A stretch of 64,000 nucleotides of DNA from Elusimicrobiota bacterium. GTDB lineage: Bacteria; Elusimicrobiota; Elusimicrobia; FEN-1173. Location of the stretch: assembly GCA_016714745.1 (NCBI GenBank), contig JADKCG010000002.1, positions 25,161-89,160 on the forward strand, in the 5' to 3' direction. The position numbers and the translations under genes were made by a program. Position 1 is the stretch's first letter, and every line of letters starts with the position of its first letter. The notes under the pieces were generated by a model that was not told where the DNA came from, did not search any database, and saw only the letters and a program-made list of their open reading frames with translations. Of this stretch, positions 28,871 to 37,530 are shown piece after piece.

Positions 28871-30808
28871 TTAATACCACCCTGTAATACACAAAGTGAT
28901 GAGAGTGACCAGGTTGTTAAAATCTTGGCCGTCCGATTCTTTCTTTTGAAGATACGCGTCTGTGATTGAATCAAGATATTTAACATTGAAAGAACGATCG
29001 TCAAGGAGGGCTCGATAGGGTTTCGATTTAATTGTTTCCCTGAAATAGTCACTCACTCCCGAGCGGTAAACGACCTCTTTTGTCAGAGAAAAACCTTCGA
29101 GAACGTCATAGAGATAGGAATGCGGGCCGGTTTCAAGCAATTCGTAGGGGAATTTTAGCCGGTTTTTTAATAACCATTTAAGAGGATATTTTGTGTTATT
29201 AAGGTCAAGTCCTCGACCCCATGACTCGGGAGCCTGGGAAAGAAGTTGGACCAACCGGAGATCATTAAACGGAGAACGCCAACCATGTCCTTCCTTTTCC
29301 ATAGCATGCTTTTGAACGTTAACGGTCGATCCCTGCGAATGCATGCTGTGATAGAGATAGATCATCCACGAATAAATTGTTTCCGGAGTCATGGAATCCA
29401 GTTTTTGAAAACACTCATCAAACAGGTAATTGAATGTCTTGTTTTGAACGGTTTTCCTCAGCGCTGGATTCTCAAGGGTTTTAACAAAGGGGATCCGAGG
29501 CGCACCGTAAAACAACGGAGACAGATAACTACGTACCTTCCCTGATTTGGATGAAAAATTTTTGGCCAACTTCAACTGAGGATTCATACGCTGAAATATT
29601 TGAAATACTTTATCACTCACGTAAGAACCTTCAAGGACTTTTTTAAAAAAGGTCGGCCCGTAAAGATAACAATTCATTTTATCAGCGTATTCCGTGAAAG
29701 ATTTGACAGTGTGAAAAAACGTGACGAATTGAGAAAACCCAAAATTGTGAAAAGAATCGGAGGTTTCCCCATTGAAAATGGTACCCGAATCCCCGTTTAG
29801 CCGAGTCAGTCCTTCCGATACACGCGAATAATTATGGGTAACAATGGTGTAAATATGACGTGATTTATAAAAGGAAAGCAGTTTCTCCCAGTGAGCTACG
29901 ATCCCCTTATTTTTGAAATCCAACGGAACGATTTCCGGACGAATCCCAAAAAATTTTCCAATTTTTTTAATTTTCTCTATTTCAAAAGAATTGATGATAT
30001 TGGTCGCTTTTGAATACAACATACTACCGGTTATCATTCCCACTTTCTTCGCTCCGAACTCGTCCACCAAGAGCCCGATCAAGCTTGACGAATCCCAACC
30101 GCTCGAGCTCGAGACCCATGTGGTGCCATTTTGATTGGCGCGTGTTCTCACAGAATCTCGCAAATAACTTTCGTATTTTGACAAGTGGTCTTGAGTGTAT
30201 TCTTGTATGGGAAGCGGCTTGAATGCGATGATTTCTGTTTCAATGGCAAATCCATTCAAATGTTTAATCTCGCCCACAGACAAACGATTCACTCCCGCGT
30301 ACATCGTTCTTGGCTTCGGAACATACCACCCATAGACCGAGAACATGTGGGCAATCATTTTCTGATCGTAACGGGGGGTGAAAAACCGAAAGAGCATATC
30401 CAAATCAGAACTTAGGTAAAATTGATTATTTTCTTCTGCATAAAAATAATCTTGACGAGAGTACTTGTCTGCAAAAATAATCGCCTTTTTTTTATCGGAA
30501 TCGGTGAGGAGACACAGAAATTGACCTTCCAGAAAACGGTGAATGTCCCTATAAGAATGTGCACGAAATGTTTTCTGAACCTGCTGTTTTGAATTCATCG
30601 GAGTTATAGAACCATCGGGGTGGACGAAATAAAACAAATCACCCCAAATATACGCCGTTTTCGTCGCCGAAATCTGAACCGCCTGATCTGCGGTCTTAAG
30701 GCTGGCAAACAAGGGAGACCCCCGCCCCACGCCCATGACGGGTTCAAGAACAAGCCCCAGATCACGTTGACAGTCACCGGTACCAATGAAGAAATTACGC
30801 ATGGTCAT
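28871..30808 (-). CDS. asparagine synthase-like PP-loop amidotransferase/ligase lacking the N-terminal catalytic Cys
   Basis: WVSSSSGWDSSSL matches the SGGxDSS PP-loop of AsnB-type enzymes. The N-terminus is MTMRNFF, not MCG. 645 aa. Confidence 0.6.
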   Translation of the reverse strand: MTMRNFFIGTGDCQRDLGLVLEPVMGVGRGSPLFASLKTADQAVQISATKTAYIWGDLFYFVHPDGSITPMNSKQQVQKTFRAHSYRDIHRFLEGQFLCLLTDSDKKKAIIFADKYSRQDYFYAEENNQFYLSSDLDMLFRFFTPRYDQKMIAHMFSVYGWYVPKPRTMYAGVNRLSVGEIKHLNGFAIETEIIAFKPLPIQEYTQDHLSKYESYLRDSVRTRANQNGTTWVSSSSGWDSSSLIGLLVDEFGAKKVGMITGSMLYSKATNIINSFEIEKIKKIGKFFGIRPEIVPLDFKNKGIVAHWEKLLSFYKSRHIYTIVTHNYSRVSEGLTRLNGDSGTIFNGETSDSFHNFGFSQFVTFFHTVKSFTEYADKMNCYLYGPTFFKKVLEGSYVSDKVFQIFQRMNPQLKLAKNFSSKSGKVRSYLSPLFYGAPRIPFVKTLENPALRKTVQNKTFNYLFDECFQKLDSMTPETIYSWMIYLYHSMHSQGSTVNVQKHAMEKEGHGWRSPFNDLRLVQLLSQAPESWGRGLDLNNTKYPLKWLLKNRLKFPYELLETGPHSYLYDVLEGFSLTKEVVYRSGVSDYFRETIKSKPYRALLDDRSFNVKYLDSITDAYLQKKESDGQDFNNLVTLITLCITGWY

Positions 30809-31403
30809 CGTTGCCTCCTTTCAATCTTTGCCCGCCTCTTACGTATTCGTCCCTCAACAACCCCATACGAAAACAGTCCACGTACGAACCGTCTACATAA
30901 AAATGCTGCCGCAAAATCCCCTCCACTTTGAACCCAATGCGCAGGAACGCACGGTGAGACGCCTCGTTGCCCATGATCATTCCGCAGTAGAGTTTGTGTA
31001 AATTCAGTCGCCCAAAGGCATGCTCAACAACGAGCCGAATCGCTTCTGTTCCGTATCCTCTGCCGCGAGACCGCTTGTCTCCGATCAAAATGCCGACCTC
31101 CGCATGACGGTCTTTCCATTGGATATCGGTTAATGAAATATTTCCCATATGTTTTTTGCTTTTTTTCAAGAAAATACCAAGGAGAAGGCCATTTTTATTG
31201 AGCTCATAGGTGCGGACATACGTCCGCAATTCTTGAACAGTCACGGGGAATCGTCCAACGGCCATAAATCGAGTTGTGTCTTGGTCATTGACCCAATCCA
31301 CATAGTAGGACATATCCGCTTTTTCGGAAATCAGTCCAAGCACCACGTGCTTTCCTACTAGGTATTTTGTTTTCATCTTTCCCGCTCTGTCTATTATTTT
31401 CAT
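30795..31403 (-). CDS. GNAT N-acetyltransferase (RimJ/RimL-like); possible PseH-type role
   Basis: HAEVGILIGDKRSRGRGYGTEAIRLVVEHAF...NEASHRAFLRIGFKVEG (GNAT motifs A and B). Confidence 0.75.
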   Translation of the reverse strand: MKIIDRAGKMKTKYLVGKHVVLGLISEKADMSYYVDWVNDQDTTRFMAVGRFPVTVQELRTYVRTYELNKNGLLLGIFLKKSKKHMGNISLTDIQWKDRHAEVGILIGDKRSRGRGYGTEAIRLVVEHAFGRLNLHKLYCGMIMGNEASHRAFLRIGFKVEGILRQHFYVDGSYVDCFRMGLLRDEYVRGGQRLKGGNDDHA

Positions 31404-31440
31404 TCATCCACCCAATTCGCAAAACCAAATTTTTTGATTT

Positions 31441-32469
31441 TCATCGACAGTTTATTTGACAATCTTTGCAGGCCGCTATTTCGTCGTACCTTTGCTCCCT
31501 ATGCAATTGCCTCATGGCTGTGAGTTCGGGGCTGTGCCAAAGGTCTCGGATCGTGCGTGTTTTGATATCTCCGATGGGGTTCTTACTGTGGTGGTCCCCG
31601 CAACACATCAACACGGTGCCGTCAAAGAGAATGACCATTCTTTGCCAGAGTTGCGGGCAAGGAAAGCGTTCCTTTTGTTGAGGGGCCTTCACCTGGGCGT
31701 CTTCGCCTGCTTCATTGTTCCCGGAACGATAACGTGAGATGCCGATCCTGTTCACTTTATCCTCCCAAAAGTGGATGTAATCCTTGAGTTCCTTTTGGTT
31801 CATGGACATGTACACCATTTGAACCATGACGGAGGGGAATTTTGACCCCATTTCATTGCGAATCCGAATAAATTCAAGTATGCGTTCCAGAGTCTTTTCG
31901 TAATGGGCCCCTTTGCGAACGGCATCGTAAAGGGACGGGTCCATACTGTCCAGCGAGAACTTAATGCGCACCAGCCCAGCGGCGATGAGGTCCCGGGAGA
32001 GTTTTTCGTTGAGCAAGGTACCGTTAGTGTTAAACTGAACATCCATAATCCCCGCTTCGCGGGCCAAACGAACGAACTCCGCAATCCGAGGATGAAGGGT
32101 TGGTTCCCCTCGAAAATTAAACTTCACGGACGGTAGTTCTGCTTTGTTGAGCCTAATTTCGTCCATGATCTTCTTGAAAAGATCAATGGAAATTAAACCA
32201 GACGGCATGGTGTCAAAGGGAATTTGGCACATGGTACATCGGAGGTTACAGACGGCCGCCGCTTCCACATCCAAGTGCAAAGGGTAGTCGCCCACCGTCT
32301 GAGTGCGGGGAAGTTCGGACCAATTTTTTCGGTAGGCGAGATAGGAGGGGCCGAGGTATTTTTCCACATTGTCATGGCGGTCGGTACCGAGAACCTCTAA
32401 ATAGTCTGCGCTCACGGGGACCACCCGTTCCATTGGCAATAAGTCCATGGGAATAAATACAGTGTTCAT
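31441..32469 (-). CDS. radical SAM / SPASM-domain protein
   Basis: AAVCNLRCTMCQ (CxxxCxxC) and C-terminal CPQLWQR...LMCCGDH...CKDCQINC. Confidence 0.8.
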   Translation of the reverse strand: MNTVFIPMDLLPMERVVPVSADYLEVLGTDRHDNVEKYLGPSYLAYRKNWSELPRTQTVGDYPLHLDVEAAAVCNLRCTMCQIPFDTMPSGLISIDLFKKIMDEIRLNKAELPSVKFNFRGEPTLHPRIAEFVRLAREAGIMDVQFNTNGTLLNEKLSRDLIAAGLVRIKFSLDSMDPSLYDAVRKGAHYEKTLERILEFIRIRNEMGSKFPSVMVQMVYMSMNQKELKDYIHFWEDKVNRIGISRYRSGNNEAGEDAQVKAPQQKERFPCPQLWQRMVILFDGTVLMCCGDHHSKNPIGDIKTRTIRDLWHSPELTAMRQLHREQRYDEIAACKDCQINCR

Positions 32470-32530
32470 TTAACCCCCTTCGATTCCGATTCAGACGATC
32501 CCCGTTGATCGGTCCTTTTCATTCTATCAC

Positions 32531-33238
32531 TCAAGTCGTCCGGCTTCGAGCGATACTTTCGGCAAATAAAAAATCCCGTTCCTCATCAATATCAAGCCCC
32601 TGAAAATGATCCAGCACATAATAATACGGTTTTTCGCCTATTCTATCCCCTATTATTTTCATCGTGTCCACATTTGTGATAAAAACCGCTGAATTAACGA
32701 TATACCATTCAGGAAGCGTCTGGGTGCGTGGCCATTTCTCAGCTTTCCTAGAATAATTGACCGGACCGCTCTGGTCCCATATGAAGGTCTTTAAAGACGT
32801 GACCGACATTAGCGAATCAAACCCGCTATTCAACGATTCGACATACAGATCGATGGCCTTCGTCAGCACCCTGTCGTCTGCAAAGGGTTGAGTTGTATGA
32901 GTCCATAAAACGTGCTTGGTTTTTATCTTTGGGGCAATATGTTTGATTAAATCATCGGTGCTTGTGGAGCTTCCTGCGAATTTCGGATCCCGCCGTTCCA
33001 CCCTAATTGATGAAACATCCTCTCCCGCCCCTTTGAGCCGATCCAAAATGTCTGTTATTTCCGGCACATCCGTATCCACCACGATCTCGTCCAAGGCTTT
33101 CACCCTTAATAACTGCTTGATTTTGAGTTCTGTCAACCCAAAGGGATATGGACCGAAGGGACGGGTATTTTTATTTAGGACCCTTTGACTCCCCGCACGA
33201 ATGGGGAGAACAGCCGAGATGGTTTCCCCCTTCATCAT
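32531..33238 (-). CDS. acylneuraminate (NeuA-type) cytidylyltransferase
   Basis: ISAVLPIRAGSQRVLNKNTRPFG N-terminus. Start placed at the MMKGE Met, which abuts the stop of the upstream gene (ATGATGA). Confidence 0.7.
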   Translation of the reverse strand: MMKGETISAVLPIRAGSQRVLNKNTRPFGPYPFGLTELKIKQLLRVKALDEIVVDTDVPEITDILDRLKGAGEDVSSIRVERRDPKFAGSSTSTDDLIKHIAPKIKTKHVLWTHTTQPFADDRVLTKAIDLYVESLNSGFDSLMSVTSLKTFIWDQSGPVNYSRKAEKWPRTQTLPEWYIVNSAVFITNVDTMKIIGDRIGEKPYYYVLDHFQGLDIDEERDFLFAESIARSRTT

Positions 33239-34929
33239 GTCGTGGCCTCCCAAACGACCCGATGGTGCTTCTGAAAGATCGTGGGCGTGATGATCCAAAA
33301 AGCCGCGGATTTCTCAGCAAGGATAACGCGCGCTGTCTCCAATTCTTTATGTGTCATCTGATTCAGTGTTTCAAATTCTTGCCTCTTCTCGTCCGATTCA
33401 TCTTCCGCTTTTTTCTCCGGCGAATCCGAGTTGGGGTAATAAAAAAGATTTCTCTCGTTGGGAGAAAACCCATCCATCCCTGCCACATAGATTTCCTTGA
33501 ACCCGATCGCGGCCATCGACAAAATGGCTTGCACTCCTGAATTGGTTGGCAATTTATGGGGAAAAACGTACTCTTTGTTTAAAGAAAATGCGTCAATGGG
33601 AATTCTCGAAATAGTGTCTTGAGGCCCCCCCTCTCCCTCGTCGATTTCGATGTAGGGGTTGAGAATCACTTGCACCCCAGCTCCCCCCTTTTGATAATTT
33701 TGTCTTAACCGACGGGCGCTTCCAAAAAAGACGGCATCCGTTCGTTCTGGAAGAAAATTATTGTTTACACACACGACCGCGCATTTCGTTTCATCAACGA
33801 ACCGGCGGATGGAGTCCATGGATGTGCCCAGGGTCCCTCCCCCACACGCGATCAACACTTTCCCTTGGGAAGATCCGACCAGGCCCCTCACTTTTGTCGT
33901 GGTGACGGGCATCAACTTTTTTGCTTTTTCTATTTTGTATTGGAAAGCAACATTGATATTTTTTTCTCGGTTAAATTCAGCTCGTTCGTCAAAAGGGATT
34001 TTACTGAGTGCAAGAAAAACCTCTTTGGCTGAATAAATTTTCAGTTTCAGCATTTCCCCAGCGTAGTGGGGGTGACAATTCAGCGCCCCAGAGACGACTT
34101 GCGCCACTGAATTTCCCCATTTATATTGTTTTTTTAACGGCTCCATGTAAATTTCAGCGAAATCAAGCAAAGGGAGCGCGTTGTATCTTGTCGGACTAAC
34201 TTGACCAAGATAGAGAAGCAATGTCTCTATGGGTAAATTTCCTCCTCCCCTCCCCATCCCATTAACAGAACCATCAATGATGGAGACACCCCCTTGAATG
34301 GCCTCAAGTGTGTTGGCAAAAGCCAGTTGGAGATTGTTGTGCGGATGAAATCCCAGGGGGGCATCTGTCTGCGATCGGATGGTTTTTAAAATGTCCCTCA
34401 ATTTTGATGGGATGAGACTGCCAAAGCTATCCGCAAGATAAAAATACGTCACTTGTTTTTTATACTTTTCCATAAGACAGGCAAGGGCATTCATTTCCGA
34501 TGGGGTGTAATTTGAAATTCCCATGAAATTGACACTGGTTTCGTACCCCTTCCCCGCCAATTGCGCGGCAAGCTCAGCTCCCCGTTCCGCATCGGCCTTG
34601 CGTGTGACGATTCGAAGAATGTCCGCCCCAAAATCCCCCTGACGGGGAAACAGGCCAGCGATCAACTCTTTTGAAAAATCAACCAGGAGGGAAACACGGG
34701 CTCCGTTTTTGAATGAGCCGCGGATATCATTGATTAGTTTTGAGTCGCAGTTCCTAAAAAGGGAGGCCTTATCTGCCAAGGGGCTACAAAATCCCAACTC
34801 AACGTATTCGCACCCGGATGAGCTGACCGCCCAATACAGAGCTTTTCCGAAATCCACACTAAAATTCCAGTTGTTAATGTAACCGCCGTCGCGGATGGTA
34901 CAGTCAAGTATTTTGAGATTTTCAAACAT
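33235..34929 (-). CDS. two-domain fusion: N-terminal DRE-TIM metallolyase (HMGL-like aldolase) plus a C-terminal Cst-II/Maf(DUF115)-like Rossmann domain
   Basis: N-terminal LDCTIRDGGYINNW and GFHPHNNLQLAFANT (metal ligands of HMGL-like aldolases). C-terminal KVLIACGGGTLGTS...AVVCVNNNF...PTNSGVQAILSMAAIGFKEIYVAGMDGF parallels the Campylobacter Cst-II motifs VIIAGNGPSL...FRCNQFYFE...TSGVYMCAVAIALGYKEIYLSGIDFY as I recall them. Confidence 0.6.
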   Translation of the reverse strand: MFENLKILDCTIRDGGYINNWNFSVDFGKALYWAVSSSGCEYVELGFCSPLADKASLFRNCDSKLINDIRGSFKNGARVSLLVDFSKELIAGLFPRQGDFGADILRIVTRKADAERGAELAAQLAGKGYETSVNFMGISNYTPSEMNALACLMEKYKKQVTYFYLADSFGSLIPSKLRDILKTIRSQTDAPLGFHPHNNLQLAFANTLEAIQGGVSIIDGSVNGMGRGGGNLPIETLLLYLGQVSPTRYNALPLLDFAEIYMEPLKKQYKWGNSVAQVVSGALNCHPHYAGEMLKLKIYSAKEVFLALSKIPFDERAEFNREKNINVAFQYKIEKAKKLMPVTTTKVRGLVGSSQGKVLIACGGGTLGTSMDSIRRFVDETKCAVVCVNNNFLPERTDAVFFGSARRLRQNYQKGGAGVQVILNPYIEIDEGEGGPQDTISRIPIDAFSLNKEYVFPHKLPTNSGVQAILSMAAIGFKEIYVAGMDGFSPNERNLFYYPNSDSPEKKAEDESDEKRQEFETLNQMTHKELETARVILAEKSAAFWIITPTIFQKHHRVVWEATT

Positions 34930-35574
34930 AAGGTATTAGGTCTTTCATGTTTTTAATTTTTTTCCACACATGGACTGAATCCATTTTTGCTCCAGACGGG
35001 TAATAAACAAACCGAATCCCAAATGAAAAAGCCGCGTTGGCATCGGCCGTCGCATCCCCGACAAAAATTAAGTTTTCCGGAACCATCTTTTGTGACCCCA
35101 AAATTTGTCTCACGCCTTCCTCTTTTGAAATCGGGGACCCGAAGATCCCGTTGAACTTTTCAAAAATCCCCAGTCGAGTTAAGTGAAAATCAAGTTCGGC
35201 CCGGGGGGCTCCTGAAACAACAAACATCTTAATCCCTTTATTGGCACAGATGGAGGTCAAATCCGAAACCCCCGGTGTCAGCTGTGCCGTTTCCATATAA
35301 TTGTCAATGCATTTGTCAAGGGAATCAAGCATTGATATTAACGAATCTTCGCTCACAGGCACCCTCACGATATTATTAATGAAATACTTCACTTGATTAA
35401 CCCGCCCTACGCCGTAAGAAGCCAAATGATATTCCATAAATTCCCGTTCCCACTGTGGGTAATATTTGGTGACCCATTCCCTGAACGCTTTAACTTTTTT
35501 TCAATGGAATCGATCAATACCCCGTCGCAATCGAAAAGAATGGCTCTTATTTTATCCTTTTTCCTCTCCATCAT
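34922..35574 (-). CDS. HAD-superfamily hydrolase, frameshifted at a T7/A7 homopolymer in this assembly
   Basis: Own translation from the ATG at 35574: MMERKKDKIRAILFDCDGVLIDSIEKK (HAD motif I, DxDGV). It leaves frame at the T-run 35495-35501. One extra base gives ...VKAFREWVTKYYPQWEREFMEYHLASYG, joining ORF 34922..35437. Confidence 0.8.
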
Positions 35575-35583
35575 AGAATCGTA

Positions 35584-37530
35584 TTAATTTTCCAGAGCCC
35601 CACGAACAAAGTGAGAAATGTTGGCGGAATAATCTTTCGTGTATTTGTAGGGCTCAAAAGATTTATCCCCGATAGGCGTTTTATTCCTTTTGGCCTGGCG
35701 GAGATAGTCAAGTGCCTTTGGGAGCAGGGGAGTCTCTGTGACGTAGCAAACGGGAAAAAAGGGTCCATCCGTCTCCGCGACATTTTTGGTGAACTCTGGC
35801 GTATTGAAATGGTTGTATCGTGACCAACGATCGTACAACAACACGGGAATGCCGTTTATCAAGGATTCATCAATGACTGTCGAGGAATAGCTCACAACGA
35901 CGTCGGCGCAGGCCAACACCTGGGAAAAGGGCCCCTCTCTGTGGATAATAAGATGGCTTGGATTGCCGAGCCTATTCCTTATTTCATCATCATTCAGTAT
36001 GAACCCCGGGTGGAGCCTGAGGACATAGCGCGCGTGGTCCAATCGACCGACCGCCTCGAGCATATCCCGCACACCGATAAAAAACTCGTCCAGTGTTTCA
36101 ATAAACAAGTATCGCTCCCCACTTCGGTTTTTTATCGTGGAAGCGTGCACGACAACAAAATCATCATCAGCCAACCCCAAATTGCGTCGTGCTTTTTTAA
36201 TTTTGTTACCATCCAGATCCACAAATATCAACGGGCCTGTTCTCAGTCCGACCCCCCGGACAAAATCATACTTCTCTTTAAAATAATTAAAATGTGCTTC
36301 TTGAACGGGTGTCGCGAGGGCAACGACCGGGAAAACCCCCAGCATGAATCCGCGACACAAATTGAGCAGTTCAACTTCGTAGGGCGGGGAAGAAGGCACC
36401 GGGTGCGATCCGTGGGAGATAAACAGAGACGGTTTATTTGACAACGAAAAGAGTTCGCCAACCACACCATACAGATCAACCCCCACATGCGACAGAAAAA
36501 TAGATCGTTTGCAGAATGCCATATACTGATCGACCCTTTCCGCTTGCATAACAAGGGCCTCCATGTGGGGAAACAAACCGGCGCGCGCTTTCTTTATCAA
36601 TATGGATTTTAAGGAAATACCGAAAAGCATGCACACCCCATCCGGGAGAGATTGAAGCGCCTGGTCAAGAGCGCTCGTCATTTCCGCTCGCCCCGGAAAT
36701 GAAGGGACCAAAGACTTCCGAGGCCGTGTTGGGATAAAAAATCGCACAGGCCTCCACCTCACAAACAGGCGCGCCAGGGACACGAAGTTCCAGAGAAGAC
36801 TTTTGACGTTGTAAGACTTTCTCGTTAGAACGACATAGGTCGGGTTGTGGGGTTTTAATATTTTTTCAACCTTATTGAAGGATTGACCGAGGGGCGGTGT
36901 AAAAATAACTTTTTCCCTCTGTAAGGTTGAAAAAATGATTCGTGCGAGCACGTCGGAAAAGAATCCACATGCTTTATCCCAAACTCGGGATACCCGGAGC
37001 GGAGAAGTGGACGATTTTTCATGGCCGGCCAAAGCAACGAACGGGATATTCCTCTGTCGGCAGAATCGTTCCGCTATTTCACCTAAGAATCTCTCTTGAT
37101 CGTCGATCATTGCTGTATTTTTAACGATCGATGACGAAAAGAAATAGAGAGTCAGACCTGGATAATGATCAATAATGGAATTCACGATCCATGCCATCTT
37201 GAAGAGGTGATTGGCATAAAAGCGGAGATGAAGGGCGACCTCAATCCCATACGAGATTTTTACCCCAAATTGATCCGCGAATTGGAACAAAGAACGAATC
37301 GACTCCATCAGCGGCTCAACGGCGTAAATAAGGGTCGAATGGATGTGGGGGGGGAAGAACGCAAGGGTGTCTTCGAAAACAACTTGTTTTTTGCTCAAAA
37401 AAACTTGCAAAGCCGGCTCGCAAGCAACAATCGTAAATTCAGAAATCGCAAGACCATGCGCAGAGCAATACTCCTCCAATAGGCAATATTCATTAGTGAA
37501 TTCAAGGACAGCGACATGTCGATCGGTCAT
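35584..37530 (-). CDS. large uncharacterised protein with a GT-B-like C-terminal half
   Basis: 648 aa. C-terminal FVVVHAST...YVLRLHPG...VLACADVVVSYSSTVIDESLINGIPVLLYD resembles the GT-B donor-binding end, as in 4083..5867. Confidence 0.5.
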   Translation of the reverse strand: MTDRHVAVLEFTNEYCLLEEYCSAHGLAISEFTIVACEPALQVFLSKKQVVFEDTLAFFPPHIHSTLIYAVEPLMESIRSLFQFADQFGVKISYGIEVALHLRFYANHLFKMAWIVNSIIDHYPGLTLYFFSSSIVKNTAMIDDQERFLGEIAERFCRQRNIPFVALAGHEKSSTSPLRVSRVWDKACGFFSDVLARIIFSTLQREKVIFTPPLGQSFNKVEKILKPHNPTYVVLTRKSYNVKSLLWNFVSLARLFVRWRPVRFFIPTRPRKSLVPSFPGRAEMTSALDQALQSLPDGVCMLFGISLKSILIKKARAGLFPHMEALVMQAERVDQYMAFCKRSIFLSHVGVDLYGVVGELFSLSNKPSLFISHGSHPVPSSPPYEVELLNLCRGFMLGVFPVVALATPVQEAHFNYFKEKYDFVRGVGLRTGPLIFVDLDGNKIKKARRNLGLADDDFVVVHASTIKNRSGERYLFIETLDEFFIGVRDMLEAVGRLDHARYVLRLHPGFILNDDEIRNRLGNPSHLIIHREGPFSQVLACADVVVSYSSTVIDESLINGIPVLLYDRWSRYNHFNTPEFTKNVAETDGPFFPVCYVTETPLLPKALDYLRQAKRNKTPIGDKSFEPYKYTKDYSANISHFVRGALEN

